Assembly (NCBI GenBank): GCA_964202455.1
Contig: CAXNIJ010000003.1
Span: forward strand, 43,352-107,351
DNA length: 64,000 nucleotides
Direction: 5' to 3'
DNA from: Candidatus Pacearchaeota archaeon
GTDB taxonomy: Archaea > Nanobdellota > Nanobdellia > Pacearchaeales > GW2011-AR1
Part shown: piece after piece, positions 9,938 to 19,517 of the stretch
Layout of the letters: every line of letters starts with the position of its first letter
Numbering within the stretch: position 1 is the first letter of the stretch
The notes under the pieces: generated by a model
Database searches by the model: none
What the model saw: the letters and a program-made list of their open reading frames with translations, nothing else
What the model was told of the DNA's origin: nothing
Translations under genes and position numbers: made by a program

Positions 9938-10132
9938 ATGAAGAAGAAAGCAATAGAGGTTAAAAAAGGAGATATGATTAAAATTGGCGGCGAAGAAGTT
10001 TTGGTAGAAGAAATAGAAATTTCAGATATTGGAAAGCAAGGATCAAAGAAAGTACGCATTGTAGTAAAGAAAAAAAATGGAGAAAAAACAGTAATCATCA
10101 GACCAGAGGACTATCCTCTAGATACAGTATGA
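9938..10132 (+). CDS. small aIF5A/EF-P domain-I-like protein (N-terminal SH3-like domain only)
   Basis: 64 aa from ATG 9938. KKGDMIKIGGEEVLVEEIEISDIGKQGSKKVRIVV aligns by eye with the aIF5A hypusine-loop region (...ISxSKPGKHGxAKARVV). There is no C-terminal OB domain. An ATGA overlap joins it to the next gene. Confidence 0.4.
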   Translation: MKKKAIEVKKGDMIKIGGEEVLVEEIEISDIGKQGSKKVRIVVKKKNGEKTVIIRPEDYPLDTV

Positions 10133-11049
10133 TAGACATCATCATTACTTCTTACAACGAACCAAAATCCACTTTAAATGTAGTTAAGTCTTTTTTAAAA
10201 CAGACAAAAAGAAAAGATATGAGGGTAACTGTAGTTGATCCATTTCAAAGCGTAGAAGCATTCTTAAAAAAACATATCAAAGATCCCCGTTTTATGTTTT
10301 ATCCTGATCCAGGAGAAGGAAAAAGTTACGCATTAAATCTATTATTTGAAGAATATTCTTCTTCAAACACAGATGATTTTTTTATTTTAACCGACGGAGA
10401 CGTGATCGTTTCAGATAATGCCGTGAAAGCAATCGAAATTGCATTCGAAGAGCAAAATATTGGTTGCGTTACGGGAAAACCTGTAGCTCTGGATGACATA
10501 AACACAAAATATGGATTTTGGGCACACGTTGCATTTAAAGGTATAGATCGAGTAAGAACAGAGTTATTCAAGAAGAGAAAATTTTTTGAGTGTTCAGGTT
10601 ACCTCTTCGCCATTAGAAAAGGAGTCATTAAAGAATTTCCTCTGGAGGCTAGCGAAGATAGTATAATTCCTTACTTATTTTGGAAAAAGGGATATGGAGT
10701 TGCATATGCGCCACAAGTAGAAGTAATGGTAAAAAATCCTTCAACATGGAAAGATTGGATCGCTCAAAAAATAAGAAACATCAAAGGTCATGAAACACTA
10801 AACTCTCTAGCTCAAGATATGCCTCGCACAAAATCGTTCTGGAATGAAGTTAAATGGGGTGCATTTTTTGCATTGCGGCAACCGCGCACGATTAAACAAT
10901 TCTGGTGGACACTCGAACTCTTTGCGGCGCGGTTATATTTATATTTTAAAGCGTTTAAGGAATTGCGCAAGAAAGATAAGTATCAGGATGGATGGAGAGG
11001 ACAAGCAACAACCGAGTCAACGCGTATTGACTCGCAGTTGTACACCTAG
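10129..11049 (+). CDS. glycosyltransferase family 2
   Basis: 306 aa. Motifs: IDIIITSYNEPKST, ILTDGD, EDS. Confidence 0.7.
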   Translation: MIDIIITSYNEPKSTLNVVKSFLKQTKRKDMRVTVVDPFQSVEAFLKKHIKDPRFMFYPDPGEGKSYALNLLFEEYSSSNTDDFFILTDGDVIVSDNAVKAIEIAFEEQNIGCVTGKPVALDDINTKYGFWAHVAFKGIDRVRTELFKKRKFFECSGYLFAIRKGVIKEFPLEASEDSIIPYLFWKKGYGVAYAPQVEVMVKNPSTWKDWIAQKIRNIKGHETLNSLAQDMPRTKSFWNEVKWGAFFALRQPRTIKQFWWTLELFAARLYLYFKAFKELRKKDKYQDGWRGQATTESTRIDSQLYT

Positions 11050-11262
11050 CTTTCTTCACCAGAAGAGACCACAACACAAACTATTCCAACAAAAGACTCA
11101 ATAGTTCAAGCTATTTCAGTAAAGAACTCAACAACCCCTGTAATAAAATCAGTAAAGCGCGACACCCATTCTAAAAAGAATAACTAAGTTACCTATATAT
11201 AAAACTCAGTTTCTAATTATTAATTTTTATCGTCGGAAGATTTTAATATAACTTAGGTTTTC

Positions 11263-11718
11263 CTAGGGCGCCCTAGGTTTTCCAATGTTTTCCTTTATCT
11301 TCTCTTCCAATTCTTCTAAATTCGCAACAATAGGCATACTAGCGATCAAAATCGAAGAAAGATATTCAAATCCCTCTTCTGGACTTTCATCTGTCTTTAA
11401 GCCAATAGCTGGAATCCCGCGCGAATAAGCATATCCTAATTCCCATGCTGTGCCTGCGCCTACGTGCAGACCATCGAGCGAGGCAATAACAAGAACAACG
11501 TCTTTGAATCCATCAGTAATATCTCCTTTGAAGATCTTTCGTGCGTCTTTGATGGATGTTGCGAAGCCGACATCTCTATGAGGAAGAAAAGTTTGTAAGC
11601 CTAATTTTTTACAGAGTTTATCAATCACTTCTAGCTGCTCTCGTTCTGAATCTGTCCAGATTTTACCCGCGATGTAAACTTTCTTTGGTAAGTTTATCAT
11701 TATATTAATTTCATTCAA
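11263..11718 (-). CDS. nucleoside 2-deoxyribosyltransferase-like protein
   Basis: 151 aa. It has KVYIAGKIW, and GTAWELGYAYSRGIPAIG contains the family Glu. Confidence 0.55.
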   Translation of the reverse strand: MNEINIMINLPKKVYIAGKIWTDSEREQLEVIDKLCKKLGLQTFLPHRDVGFATSIKDARKIFKGDITDGFKDVVLVIASLDGLHVGAGTAWELGYAYSRGIPAIGLKTDESPEEGFEYLSSILIASMPIVANLEELEEKIKENIGKPRAP

Positions 11719-12241
11719 ATTTTTTTGGAAGGGCTTTTCCAGATATAATTCTTAATCTATCACTTTCTTGAGAACAAAAAGAGCTTAATTCCGCATTCTG
11801 ATCTAATTCATATTCTGGGAGTGAAATTCCATATATAGATTCTAAATTATTTGAACCCCCACGCAAATATCCATCAGACTTTCCTGTTTGATTATTTTCT
11901 AAATATTCATCTACAGCGCCAACCAAATGAAATAATTTTAAATGATCTAAATTATGATCGCCTTCAGAATTTCTCTTTTGAAGATACTCACAAGAAATAA
12001 GTAGCAGGTGAGAATTTCCAAATTTGTTCAATAATGCGTCTGAAAATTCTTGATTTTGGTACACTACAGCAATACGTGCAATTGCACAAGGAGGATAATT
12101 TTCAATTAGATCATTAATTCTCTGCGATCTTTCTTCATCTTTGAGAACTATTGTCTCTCTATATATTTTTGCTAATTGAGGAGAAATTCTTTTATTACTA
12201 GAATCTGAACAGAGCGTACACTGCAAAGAATGTCCCGGCAT
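11711..12241 (-). CDS. hypothetical protein
   Basis: 176-aa ORF. It overlaps the downstream deoxyribosyltransferase-like gene by 8 nt. No motif recognised. Confidence 0.45.
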   Translation of the reverse strand: MPGHSLQCTLCSDSSNKRISPQLAKIYRETIVLKDEERSQRINDLIENYPPCAIARIAVVYQNQEFSDALLNKFGNSHLLLISCEYLQKRNSEGDHNLDHLKLFHLVGAVDEYLENNQTGKSDGYLRGGSNNLESIYGISLPEYELDQNAELSSFCSQESDRLRIISGKALPKKFE

Positions 12242-12349
12242 CTATTTATTGCGTAAATAGTGTTTTTAAATTTTTAGATACTAAAATTCTCAAGGTTTAC
12301 AAACTTCTTAATACATAAACATTAAAAACATCATTATTTTTAAAAATAC

Positions 12350-13363
12350 ATGAAAGTTTGCATAATAAAACTCGGAGCAGACGGCGACGTTCTTCGAACT
12401 CTACCGATAGCTCAAGCACTTTATAAAGAGAAAAAGGTAGAAATTATTTGGATTACTAAGGGCGATGTAGGAACACTTTTAGAAGGTCTGGCTTATATTC
12501 AGAGAGTCGTCCAGTTAGAAGATGTCTCAGAAATAGAAGACGAAGAGTTCGATGAAATTTACAATTTTGATGTTGAAGAAGAAGCCCTTGAACTAGCCGA
12601 AGTATTACAGGCAAAGAAAAAATATGGTTTCCGCGATGACTCGGGATATCCGGCAGCATATAATGCTGGCGGAGAATATTACCTTAATACTATGTTTGAT
12701 GATGAACTAAAAAAAACTAATAAAAAAACTTATCAAGAGATGATGTTTGATATTGCAGAAATCCCTTATAAAAAAGAAAGATGCAAATTAATTCTAAATG
12801 AAGAAGATAAGAGATATATAAATTCTTTCTTAGAAAAAAATCAACTTAGTGGAAAGAAAATTATCGGCATTCATATGGGGGCATCTTCAAGATGGCCATC
12901 GAAAGCTTGGCATCAAGAAAGAGTGCAGGAATTTATCCAATTATCTAAGAAAAAAGAATTTGAAGTTATCGTGTTTGGTGGCCCTAATGAAGCAGAAAAA
13001 CATGCACTTCTAATCGATCATCTCAAAAAAGAAGGACTAGAAGTTTATCGAAACGATCCACAAAATACCAAAAGGCAATTTGCAGCATTAGTCTCTCTTT
13101 GCGATGTTTTTGTATGCAATGACAGTTTTTCTTTGCATGTAGCATCAGGTTTAGGAATTAAAACTATAGCTCTTTTTTTTGTTACTAGTCCCACAGAAGT
13201 TGAAACATATGAAATTGGCAAGAAGATCATTTCTAAAAAATTATCTGAGTTCTTTCCAGAAAAGAGCGATCAATATGATGAATTTTTAGTCAAAAGCATT
13301 TCTGCAGAAGAAGTAATGCTTGCTGTAGAAGAAGCACTAAAAGTTAAACATACGAAAGCATAA
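12350..13363 (+). CDS. glycosyltransferase family 9 (heptosyltransferase-like)
   Basis: 337 aa. Motifs: IIKLGADGDVLRTLP, GASSRWPSKAW, CNDSFSLHVASGLG. Confidence 0.65.
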   Translation: MKVCIIKLGADGDVLRTLPIAQALYKEKKVEIIWITKGDVGTLLEGLAYIQRVVQLEDVSEIEDEEFDEIYNFDVEEEALELAEVLQAKKKYGFRDDSGYPAAYNAGGEYYLNTMFDDELKKTNKKTYQEMMFDIAEIPYKKERCKLILNEEDKRYINSFLEKNQLSGKKIIGIHMGASSRWPSKAWHQERVQEFIQLSKKKEFEVIVFGGPNEAEKHALLIDHLKKEGLEVYRNDPQNTKRQFAALVSLCDVFVCNDSFSLHVASGLGIKTIALFFVTSPTEVETYEIGKKIISKKLSEFFPEKSDQYDEFLVKSISAEEVMLAVEEALKVKHTKA

Positions 13364-13387
13364 AAACCCTCATTTCTTAAAATAATT

Positions 13388-15022
13388 ATGACTGAAGGCG
13401 AAGCCAAAGCAAATGAAAGAGCAGAAAAAATAAAGGTCTGGCTCAAAGATCCAAGTAATCTCCTTATTAGTTTAATAGTTATATTTGCATTTGTTCTTCA
13501 CATATATTATCTAAATATGGCTTCAGGACAAACTTTATGGTGGGACGAAGCAGAATACATGGCGACTGCAAAGCACTGGGCACTCGATATTCCTTATACG
13601 TTAAATCCTCAACGTCCACCATTATTCCAGCTTTCTGCAGCATTTCTTATTCGTGCAGGTCTTGATGAGTTCGCGCTCAAGTTTCTACTCATTATTCTAC
13701 CTGCAACAGCCCTGATCTATTTCACCTATCTTCTCGGAAAAGAACTCTTCGATAAGAAAACAGGATTATTTGCGGCATTGGCATCAGCAGGAATGTGGTC
13801 ATATTTATTCTGGGGAGCTAGATTTCAACCAGACTTTCTTTCATTAGCTTTTCAAGTATTATCTTTATTCTTCTTTTGGAGGATGTTCAAAAACAATAAT
13901 TCAAAAGATGCAATTCTGGGAGGCATATTTGCAGCCGCAGGTTTCTACTTTAAAATTTCCGCACTTCTAATTCCTTTAATAATAGGCATATTTGCATTTT
14001 GGAAAGATCGTTCAGATACTTTTAAGAAAAAAATTTATTGGCAAGCAGGTTTAGCATTCATAATTTCTATGGTCCCATTCATGCTTTGGCAATATTCATT
14101 TTTTGGCAGTCCATTAGAATTCGCGAAATCATATGGAGTAGAAGGAGGCAGTTCAGAAAGGCCACTAGGCTGGCAAGCTTTAGATTTCTTTACTATTTTT
14201 CCAAAAGAACTTTTCTTCATTCTATTTTGTGCGGGAATTATTTCAGCACTAATATATCTAGGACTACGTTTCGATATCATTCTTAAAGAAAAAGAAAAGA
14301 GAACAGACCCCAGAATATTTTCCATTATATCTCTAGTGTGTATCTCTGCATTTTACGTATTTTATATACAAGGAGTTATAGAAGACAGGTGGGTATTCCT
14401 TATTACTCCATTTATATTTATATTTGCAGCTCAAGGCGTTTTCGCGCTTCTATCCATATTCAAGATTAATAAAAAAGAAATACAGATATTAATTATCCTT
14501 GTTTTATTTGTAATATTCTTCAATAGTCAACTTAATCATGCAGGAAATCAAATTAAATCAAGTTCTGGAAGTTATGCTCCAGTCAAAGAAGCAGCACTTT
14601 GGATTAAAGATCATACTGGCTATCAAGATAAAGTTGTCAGCGCATCATATACACAAATGACTGCCTATGCAGAAAGAGAAGTTCTTATTTTTTCCCCATG
14701 TCCTTACGTATGCTCCCCATATAAAGATGAATTAGAATTTGATAAGGCATTAAGAGAAAAGAAACCAAAATATGTAATGTTCTCTATTTTTGAAGGACAT
14801 CCTCCCTGGATATTCCAAAAGCAAGAGGGACAACAAGAAAAAACTAAATTTGTAGCCTGGATAATGCCATATGTTAATTCTACAATAATAATGAGCGAAT
14901 CTGGTCAAGTTTTAAGTTTCGATCTTAAACAAAATGTCCAAAGAGAAGGAATTACATTAACTCTAGTATATCCGACAAATCAGATCAATGGGGTTTTCAT
15001 ATATGAGCTTAAGTACGACTAG
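13388..15022 (+). CDS. GT-C membrane glycosyltransferase (ArnT/PMT-like)
   Basis: 544 aa and polytopic. The first loop has the WWDEAEY acidic motif typical of GT39/GT83 enzymes. Confidence 0.65.
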   Translation: MTEGEAKANERAEKIKVWLKDPSNLLISLIVIFAFVLHIYYLNMASGQTLWWDEAEYMATAKHWALDIPYTLNPQRPPLFQLSAAFLIRAGLDEFALKFLLIILPATALIYFTYLLGKELFDKKTGLFAALASAGMWSYLFWGARFQPDFLSLAFQVLSLFFFWRMFKNNNSKDAILGGIFAAAGFYFKISALLIPLIIGIFAFWKDRSDTFKKKIYWQAGLAFIISMVPFMLWQYSFFGSPLEFAKSYGVEGGSSERPLGWQALDFFTIFPKELFFILFCAGIISALIYLGLRFDIILKEKEKRTDPRIFSIISLVCISAFYVFYIQGVIEDRWVFLITPFIFIFAAQGVFALLSIFKINKKEIQILIILVLFVIFFNSQLNHAGNQIKSSSGSYAPVKEAALWIKDHTGYQDKVVSASYTQMTAYAEREVLIFSPCPYVCSPYKDELEFDKALREKKPKYVMFSIFEGHPPWIFQKQEGQQEKTKFVAWIMPYVNSTIIMSESGQVLSFDLKQNVQREGITLTLVYPTNQINGVFIYELKYD

Positions 15023-15066
15023 GAAACTTCCACAGTCTTTATAAAGAATATTCAAATAATACTATC

Positions 15067-16914
15067 ATGTGTGGAATTACTGGATTTTCTTGGAATGATA
15101 AGACGCTAATTAGGGCGATGACAGATAAAATCACCCATAGGGGGCCAGACGATTCAGGCTACTATCTAGATAAAAACATTTCTTTAGGACATAGAAGACT
15201 CAGCATCATAGATTTGTCAAAAAACGGCCATCAACCCATGTTTAATGAAGATGAGACGGTTGTTGTTGTGTTTAATGGAGAAATTTATAATTTCCAATCT
15301 CTCAAAGCAGATCTTGAAAAAAAACAACATAAATTTGCAAGTACAAGCGATACCGAAGTCATTATTCATGGATATGAAGAGTATGGTTTAGAAATATGTT
15401 CAAAATTAAAAGGGATGTTTGCATTCGCACTCTGGGACACAAAAAAGAAATTGCTTTTTCTAGCAAGGGACCAGATTGGTGAAAAACCACTTTATTATAC
15501 TTTGAAAGAAAAAAATATCATATTTGCCTCAGAAATAAAAGCCATTTTGGAATATGAAAAAATATCAAGAGAAATAGACCCACAAGGACTTTCAAACTAT
15601 TTAAGTCTGAGATATTCTCCGGATGACTCTACAATTTTCAAGGGAATAAAAAAACTCGAACCAGGACATTATGCAACGCTCCACACAGGTAAATTTTCAA
15701 TAAAGAAATATTGGTCTATGCCAACTTTAAGCAATAGTTCTAAAGCAGATACAACTTTTCTCAAAGAAAAAATTGATGAAATTGTCAAAGAAAAAATGAT
15801 GGCCGATGTACCGATAGGAGTATTTCTATCTGGGGGACTAGATTCAAGTTCAATAGTTGCTTCTCTTTCTAAATATACTAAAAATATTCAGACATTCTCC
15901 ATAGGGTTTAGAGATAAAACAGATGAAACAAAATACGCAGAAATAGTTTCAAATCATTTTGGAACAAAACATCATGCAATGATCTCAGACCAGGATTCAT
16001 CTTTAAAAGATTTACCTTCAGTAGTTTGGCATTTAGATGAACCTATGGCTGACCCAGCAGCACTTCCAATGTATATTCTCTCTAAAGAAGTTTCTAAAAA
16101 AGTAAAAGTTGCACTCTCAGGAGATGGGGGGGATGAAGTATTTGGGGGGTACACTCCGCCTAATATCTTGCACAATATGCAAAGAATATTCAAGATACCC
16201 CATTTAGCAAGAAAGCCACTGGGCGCACTGATAAGGCCTCTTTCTTCAGCATTTGTCTATCCACGCAAACAAATAATTGAACTTTCTTCAGAGATTCTCA
16301 AGAGTAAAAATCTTTCAGAGGGTTATAAGAAGCTTTTTTACCTCCCATTTGAAGTTAAGGAAAAAGAAAATTTAATTTCTTCTTCTTGGAAAAATGGTGT
16401 CGAACTTTCAAGTGTTTTTGATAAACTATTAAGCAATGAGAAAAATCTTTATGAAGGAACTTATAAATATTATCTTCAAGAATGGCTCCCACACGACCTT
16501 CTAATGAAAACAGATAAGATGGGAATGGCTCACGGTTTAGAAATTCGAGCCCCATATCTAGATCTCAACTTAGTCAAATATTCTCTAAGTTTACCTGCCA
16601 AATACAAAAAAGATAGAGCTCTATTTAGAAAATCTCTAAATAAAACTATTCCAAAAGAGATTCTTGCAAGAAGAAAACAAGGTTTCACTCTCCCATTGTC
16701 TAGATGGTTTACTAATAAAGAATTTCTCTCACGTTCAATGCCGCATCTTCAAGAGCTTTCAAAGAGAAACTTATTTAATACAGAGGAATATCAAAATATT
16801 TTAAATCATCCAGAGAAATTAAGGGCAGACCATAAGCTCTGGTCGCTTCTTCAACTTGAGCTCTGGTGCAAACTCTATCTAGATAAACAATCTCTGAGGT
16901 CTGTTAAAATTTAA
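15067..16914 (+). CDS. asnB: asparagine synthase (glutamine-hydrolysing) family amidotransferase
   Basis: 615 aa. It has the MCGI Ntn-Cys start and the FLSGGLDSS PP-loop. Confidence 0.85.
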   Translation: MCGITGFSWNDKTLIRAMTDKITHRGPDDSGYYLDKNISLGHRRLSIIDLSKNGHQPMFNEDETVVVVFNGEIYNFQSLKADLEKKQHKFASTSDTEVIIHGYEEYGLEICSKLKGMFAFALWDTKKKLLFLARDQIGEKPLYYTLKEKNIIFASEIKAILEYEKISREIDPQGLSNYLSLRYSPDDSTIFKGIKKLEPGHYATLHTGKFSIKKYWSMPTLSNSSKADTTFLKEKIDEIVKEKMMADVPIGVFLSGGLDSSSIVASLSKYTKNIQTFSIGFRDKTDETKYAEIVSNHFGTKHHAMISDQDSSLKDLPSVVWHLDEPMADPAALPMYILSKEVSKKVKVALSGDGGDEVFGGYTPPNILHNMQRIFKIPHLARKPLGALIRPLSSAFVYPRKQIIELSSEILKSKNLSEGYKKLFYLPFEVKEKENLISSSWKNGVELSSVFDKLLSNEKNLYEGTYKYYLQEWLPHDLLMKTDKMGMAHGLEIRAPYLDLNLVKYSLSLPAKYKKDRALFRKSLNKTIPKEILARRKQGFTLPLSRWFTNKEFLSRSMPHLQELSKRNLFNTEEYQNILNHPEKLRADHKLWSLLQLELWCKLYLDKQSLRSVKI

Positions 16915-16915
16915 A

Positions 16916-17917
16916 ATGAAAAATCCATTAGTAAGTTTCATCTTAGGTATTCTAGATGCAGAAAGAACTATCAAAGAATGTCTTGAAGGAATTCTTATGC
17001 AGGACTACAAAAATTACGAAATCATCATTGTCGATGGAGGCTCTAAAGATAAAACTCTTGAAATAGTCAAGAGTTTTATGAGATCCCATAAAAATATTAA
17101 ACTCCTGCACAATTCTAAAAAACTCTCTGAGGGAAAAGGAATGAGCAAAGATATGGGCGTACAATCTGCAAAAGGAGATATAGTAATATTTTTAGACCAT
17201 GATAATATACTCTTAGATAAAAATTGGCTTAAGGAAATGCTATTTCCATTTGAAGAAGATAAAGAAATAATGGCGACACAGTCTTTATTAAAATTTAGAG
17301 AAAGCGATTCACAGTTTCTTAAATACATAAATGCAATGGGGGTAGAAGACCCATTTGCAGTTCCATATTCCCTTGTTTCTCAAGTAGTTTTGTATCCAAA
17401 AAATTTCGAGCTAATTAAAGATAGATATTACATTCACAATCTTAATAAAAATAAAGTACTCTTCGCAGGAGCAAATGGGGCAGCATTTAAAAAAATTGTC
17501 TTTAAAAAAATAGGGGGATATACTAGAGACGTAGATGTCTACGCGAGTATGGCTTCATTTAGTATGAAAGTCGCAGTAGTAAAAAATGCCAAACTATATC
17601 ATGCAACTTCTAGTAATCTATGGACTTATCTCAAGAAAAAAGGAATCTATTTCCATCGTTTTATAGATGGAGAATATGCAACAAAGCAATTTCAATGGAT
17701 TCCCACAGACTTCTCAGGAAAACTACGCTTTTATCTCATGGTCGCTTCAAATCTGAGTATCTTTCCAGCTTCAATTGTAGCAATAAGACAGTTTTTCAAA
17801 ACTGGTCGCTTATTCTGGTTTATTCATCCAGGAGCTTTGTTCTTTATGACTCTAGAATACGGTCTAATCACACTTATGCGTTTTAGAAACTTCTTAGATT
17901 ATGGAAAGAAAAATTAA
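16916..17917 (+). CDS. glycosyltransferase family 2
   Basis: 333 aa. It has IIIVDGGSKDKT, FLDHDN and C-terminal TM segments. Confidence 0.7.
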   Translation: MKNPLVSFILGILDAERTIKECLEGILMQDYKNYEIIIVDGGSKDKTLEIVKSFMRSHKNIKLLHNSKKLSEGKGMSKDMGVQSAKGDIVIFLDHDNILLDKNWLKEMLFPFEEDKEIMATQSLLKFRESDSQFLKYINAMGVEDPFAVPYSLVSQVVLYPKNFELIKDRYYIHNLNKNKVLFAGANGAAFKKIVFKKIGGYTRDVDVYASMASFSMKVAVVKNAKLYHATSSNLWTYLKKKGIYFHRFIDGEYATKQFQWIPTDFSGKLRFYLMVASNLSIFPASIVAIRQFFKTGRLFWFIHPGALFFMTLEYGLITLMRFRNFLDYGKKN

Positions 17918-18561
17918 ATCTTCCGCGCTTTCACTAGTATATCAAGTCCATGTCTATTCTGAGCTTGATAAGTCTTTGCAGCACTTTTAGTGAAAGTCCC
18001 GAAAGGACGTTGTTTTCGTAAAATATGCTTAGAAAAAAGATGAATGTATAAATTTGCAAGCAATGTCCAATTCTCAACAACCTGGATATCTAGTACTTCG
18101 CAACCTGCTTCTTCCAAACGTCTCTTAATTTTAGAATTCGAGTAATGACGTTTATGTTCAAAATAGAGCACCGGATTAATCAAATGCAGAGGATGCATAT
18201 TTGGAACTCCCACAAGGATAACTCCTCCTTTCTTAAGATGCGGAATAAGCATTTGCAAGGCCTTCTTATCATCTACATGCTCTAAAACTTCAAGAATTAT
18301 TATTGCATCAAATTCTTCTTTTTTAAACGGAAGGGGTTTAAGAATATCTCCATTAACAAGACGAGTTTTTTTAAGAAAAGGAGATGCCCTTTGCAATTTT
18401 TTCTTATCAAAGTCAATAGTTACACATTCCTTCACTTCATTTTCTAGTTCCATTTCAATTTCAGGGATATTGGATACTCCAATATTCAGAACCCGCATTG
18501 ATTTTTTAGGTTGAAGCAATTTCAGAATATATTCAGTCCTAGCAGAAATAATTGATTTCAT
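17914..18561 (-). CDS. class I SAM-dependent methyltransferase
   Basis: 215 aa. It has the VLNIGVS motif I region and IIILEVLEHVDD. Confidence 0.65.
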   Translation of the reverse strand: MKSIISARTEYILKLLQPKKSMRVLNIGVSNIPEIEMELENEVKECVTIDFDKKKLQRASPFLKKTRLVNGDILKPLPFKKEEFDAIIILEVLEHVDDKKALQMLIPHLKKGGVILVGVPNMHPLHLINPVLYFEHKRHYSNSKIKRRLEEAGCEVLDIQVVENWTLLANLYIHLFSKHILRKQRPFGTFTKSAAKTYQAQNRHGLDILVKARKI

Positions 18562-19031
18562 TAATTTATACCTTCAAATATTTTGATGAAATAATTTTGC
18601 AGTTTATGAAGATTGTCTTTTTTGATAACTGCAATCTTTTTGTAGGAATTAAGAAGTTCTGGCGTTAAATCATTAATATTCAAAACCGCTTTAATACCCG
18701 TTTTTTCTTCTAAGAATACTGCAAATTCCACTTGATGATCATTAAGGTGTTCATGATATTTTTTCTGTCTAGGCACAGTAATTAATGGTTTTTTATTAAA
18801 TAAAACAAATTCCAATAAGGAAGTAGCCGAATGACTGATGACAAGGCGCGCCTTTTTGAAATATGGATCAAGTTTTTCAGCAAACTCAAAAGATTCACAA
18901 TTTTTAGGAATATACTTAGTAAATCCTCTCTGAATTATTATTTCTTCTTTAATTTGAGGGGCAATTTCATCAATTTTTTTAATAAGACGTTCAAAACCCT
19001 CTGGGTGAGTCCCTATTGTAACAAAAATCAT
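18561..19031 (-). CDS. Alg13/PssE-like glycosyltransferase C-terminal (catalytic) subunit
   Basis: 156 aa. It has the MIFVTIGTHPEGFERL start and ISHSATS, resembling Glyco_tran_28_C stand-alone subunits. It abuts the Alg14-like gene. Confidence 0.6.
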   Translation of the reverse strand: MIFVTIGTHPEGFERLIKKIDEIAPQIKEEIIIQRGFTKYIPKNCESFEFAEKLDPYFKKARLVISHSATSLLEFVLFNKKPLITVPRQKKYHEHLNDHQVEFAVFLEEKTGIKAVLNINDLTPELLNSYKKIAVIKKDNLHKLQNYFIKIFEGIN

Positions 19032-19513
19032 TAAAGAATGCCTCCCTCATATCGTGCTTTCTTTCCATATTTTGCAGCCATCGAAGAGTGTTGTACTAGG
19101 AATTTGTCTGAGAAATAATAACAAGCTCTTGCAGACCAATTAGGTGTTTTTACTCGAATAACCGTATCAAGGAAGATGGTCTTTATTCCTAACATTTTCG
19201 CAGCAATACATGCAGGAATAGAAATTTGCGCACCGTTTGTTACAACACATTCAATTTTTTCTTTCTTGAATATTTTTCTTAAGTTTATTATTGCTTCAAT
19301 GTATCTCCATGGATAAAGACTCAAGTAGTCTTTTCTAAATAGATAAGTTCTCCATTTTTTATGAAATTCTTTCTCTTTCATTTCAAACGAGGATTTAACT
19401 TTAGGGTTTTCAGTAACAAAAATAGAATAGTTCTTTCCTATTACTCTAGGAGTAAAGATAATTCCAATCTGACCAGAATGGCCTCCCTGTGAAGCAACAA
19501 ATGCTATTCTCAT
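19031..19513 (-). CDS. Alg14/PssD-like glycosyltransferase partner subunit
   Basis: 160 aa. VASQGGHSGQ resembles the GSGGHTxEM motif of Alg14. Confidence 0.55.
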   Translation of the reverse strand: MRIAFVASQGGHSGQIGIIFTPRVIGKNYSIFVTENPKVKSSFEMKEKEFHKKWRTYLFRKDYLSLYPWRYIEAIINLRKIFKKEKIECVVTNGAQISIPACIAAKMLGIKTIFLDTVIRVKTPNWSARACYYFSDKFLVQHSSMAAKYGKKARYEGGIL

Positions 19514-19517
19514 ACAG

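Noticed and set aside
11262-11277. 16-nt GC palindrome CCTAGGGCGCCCTAGG as a regulatory or mobile-element end
   Set aside because: It is a single occurrence that encodes the last residues and stop of the deoxyribosyltransferase-like gene. It is most simply a terminator-like hairpin between convergent genes, and is mentioned only within the gene-pair finding.
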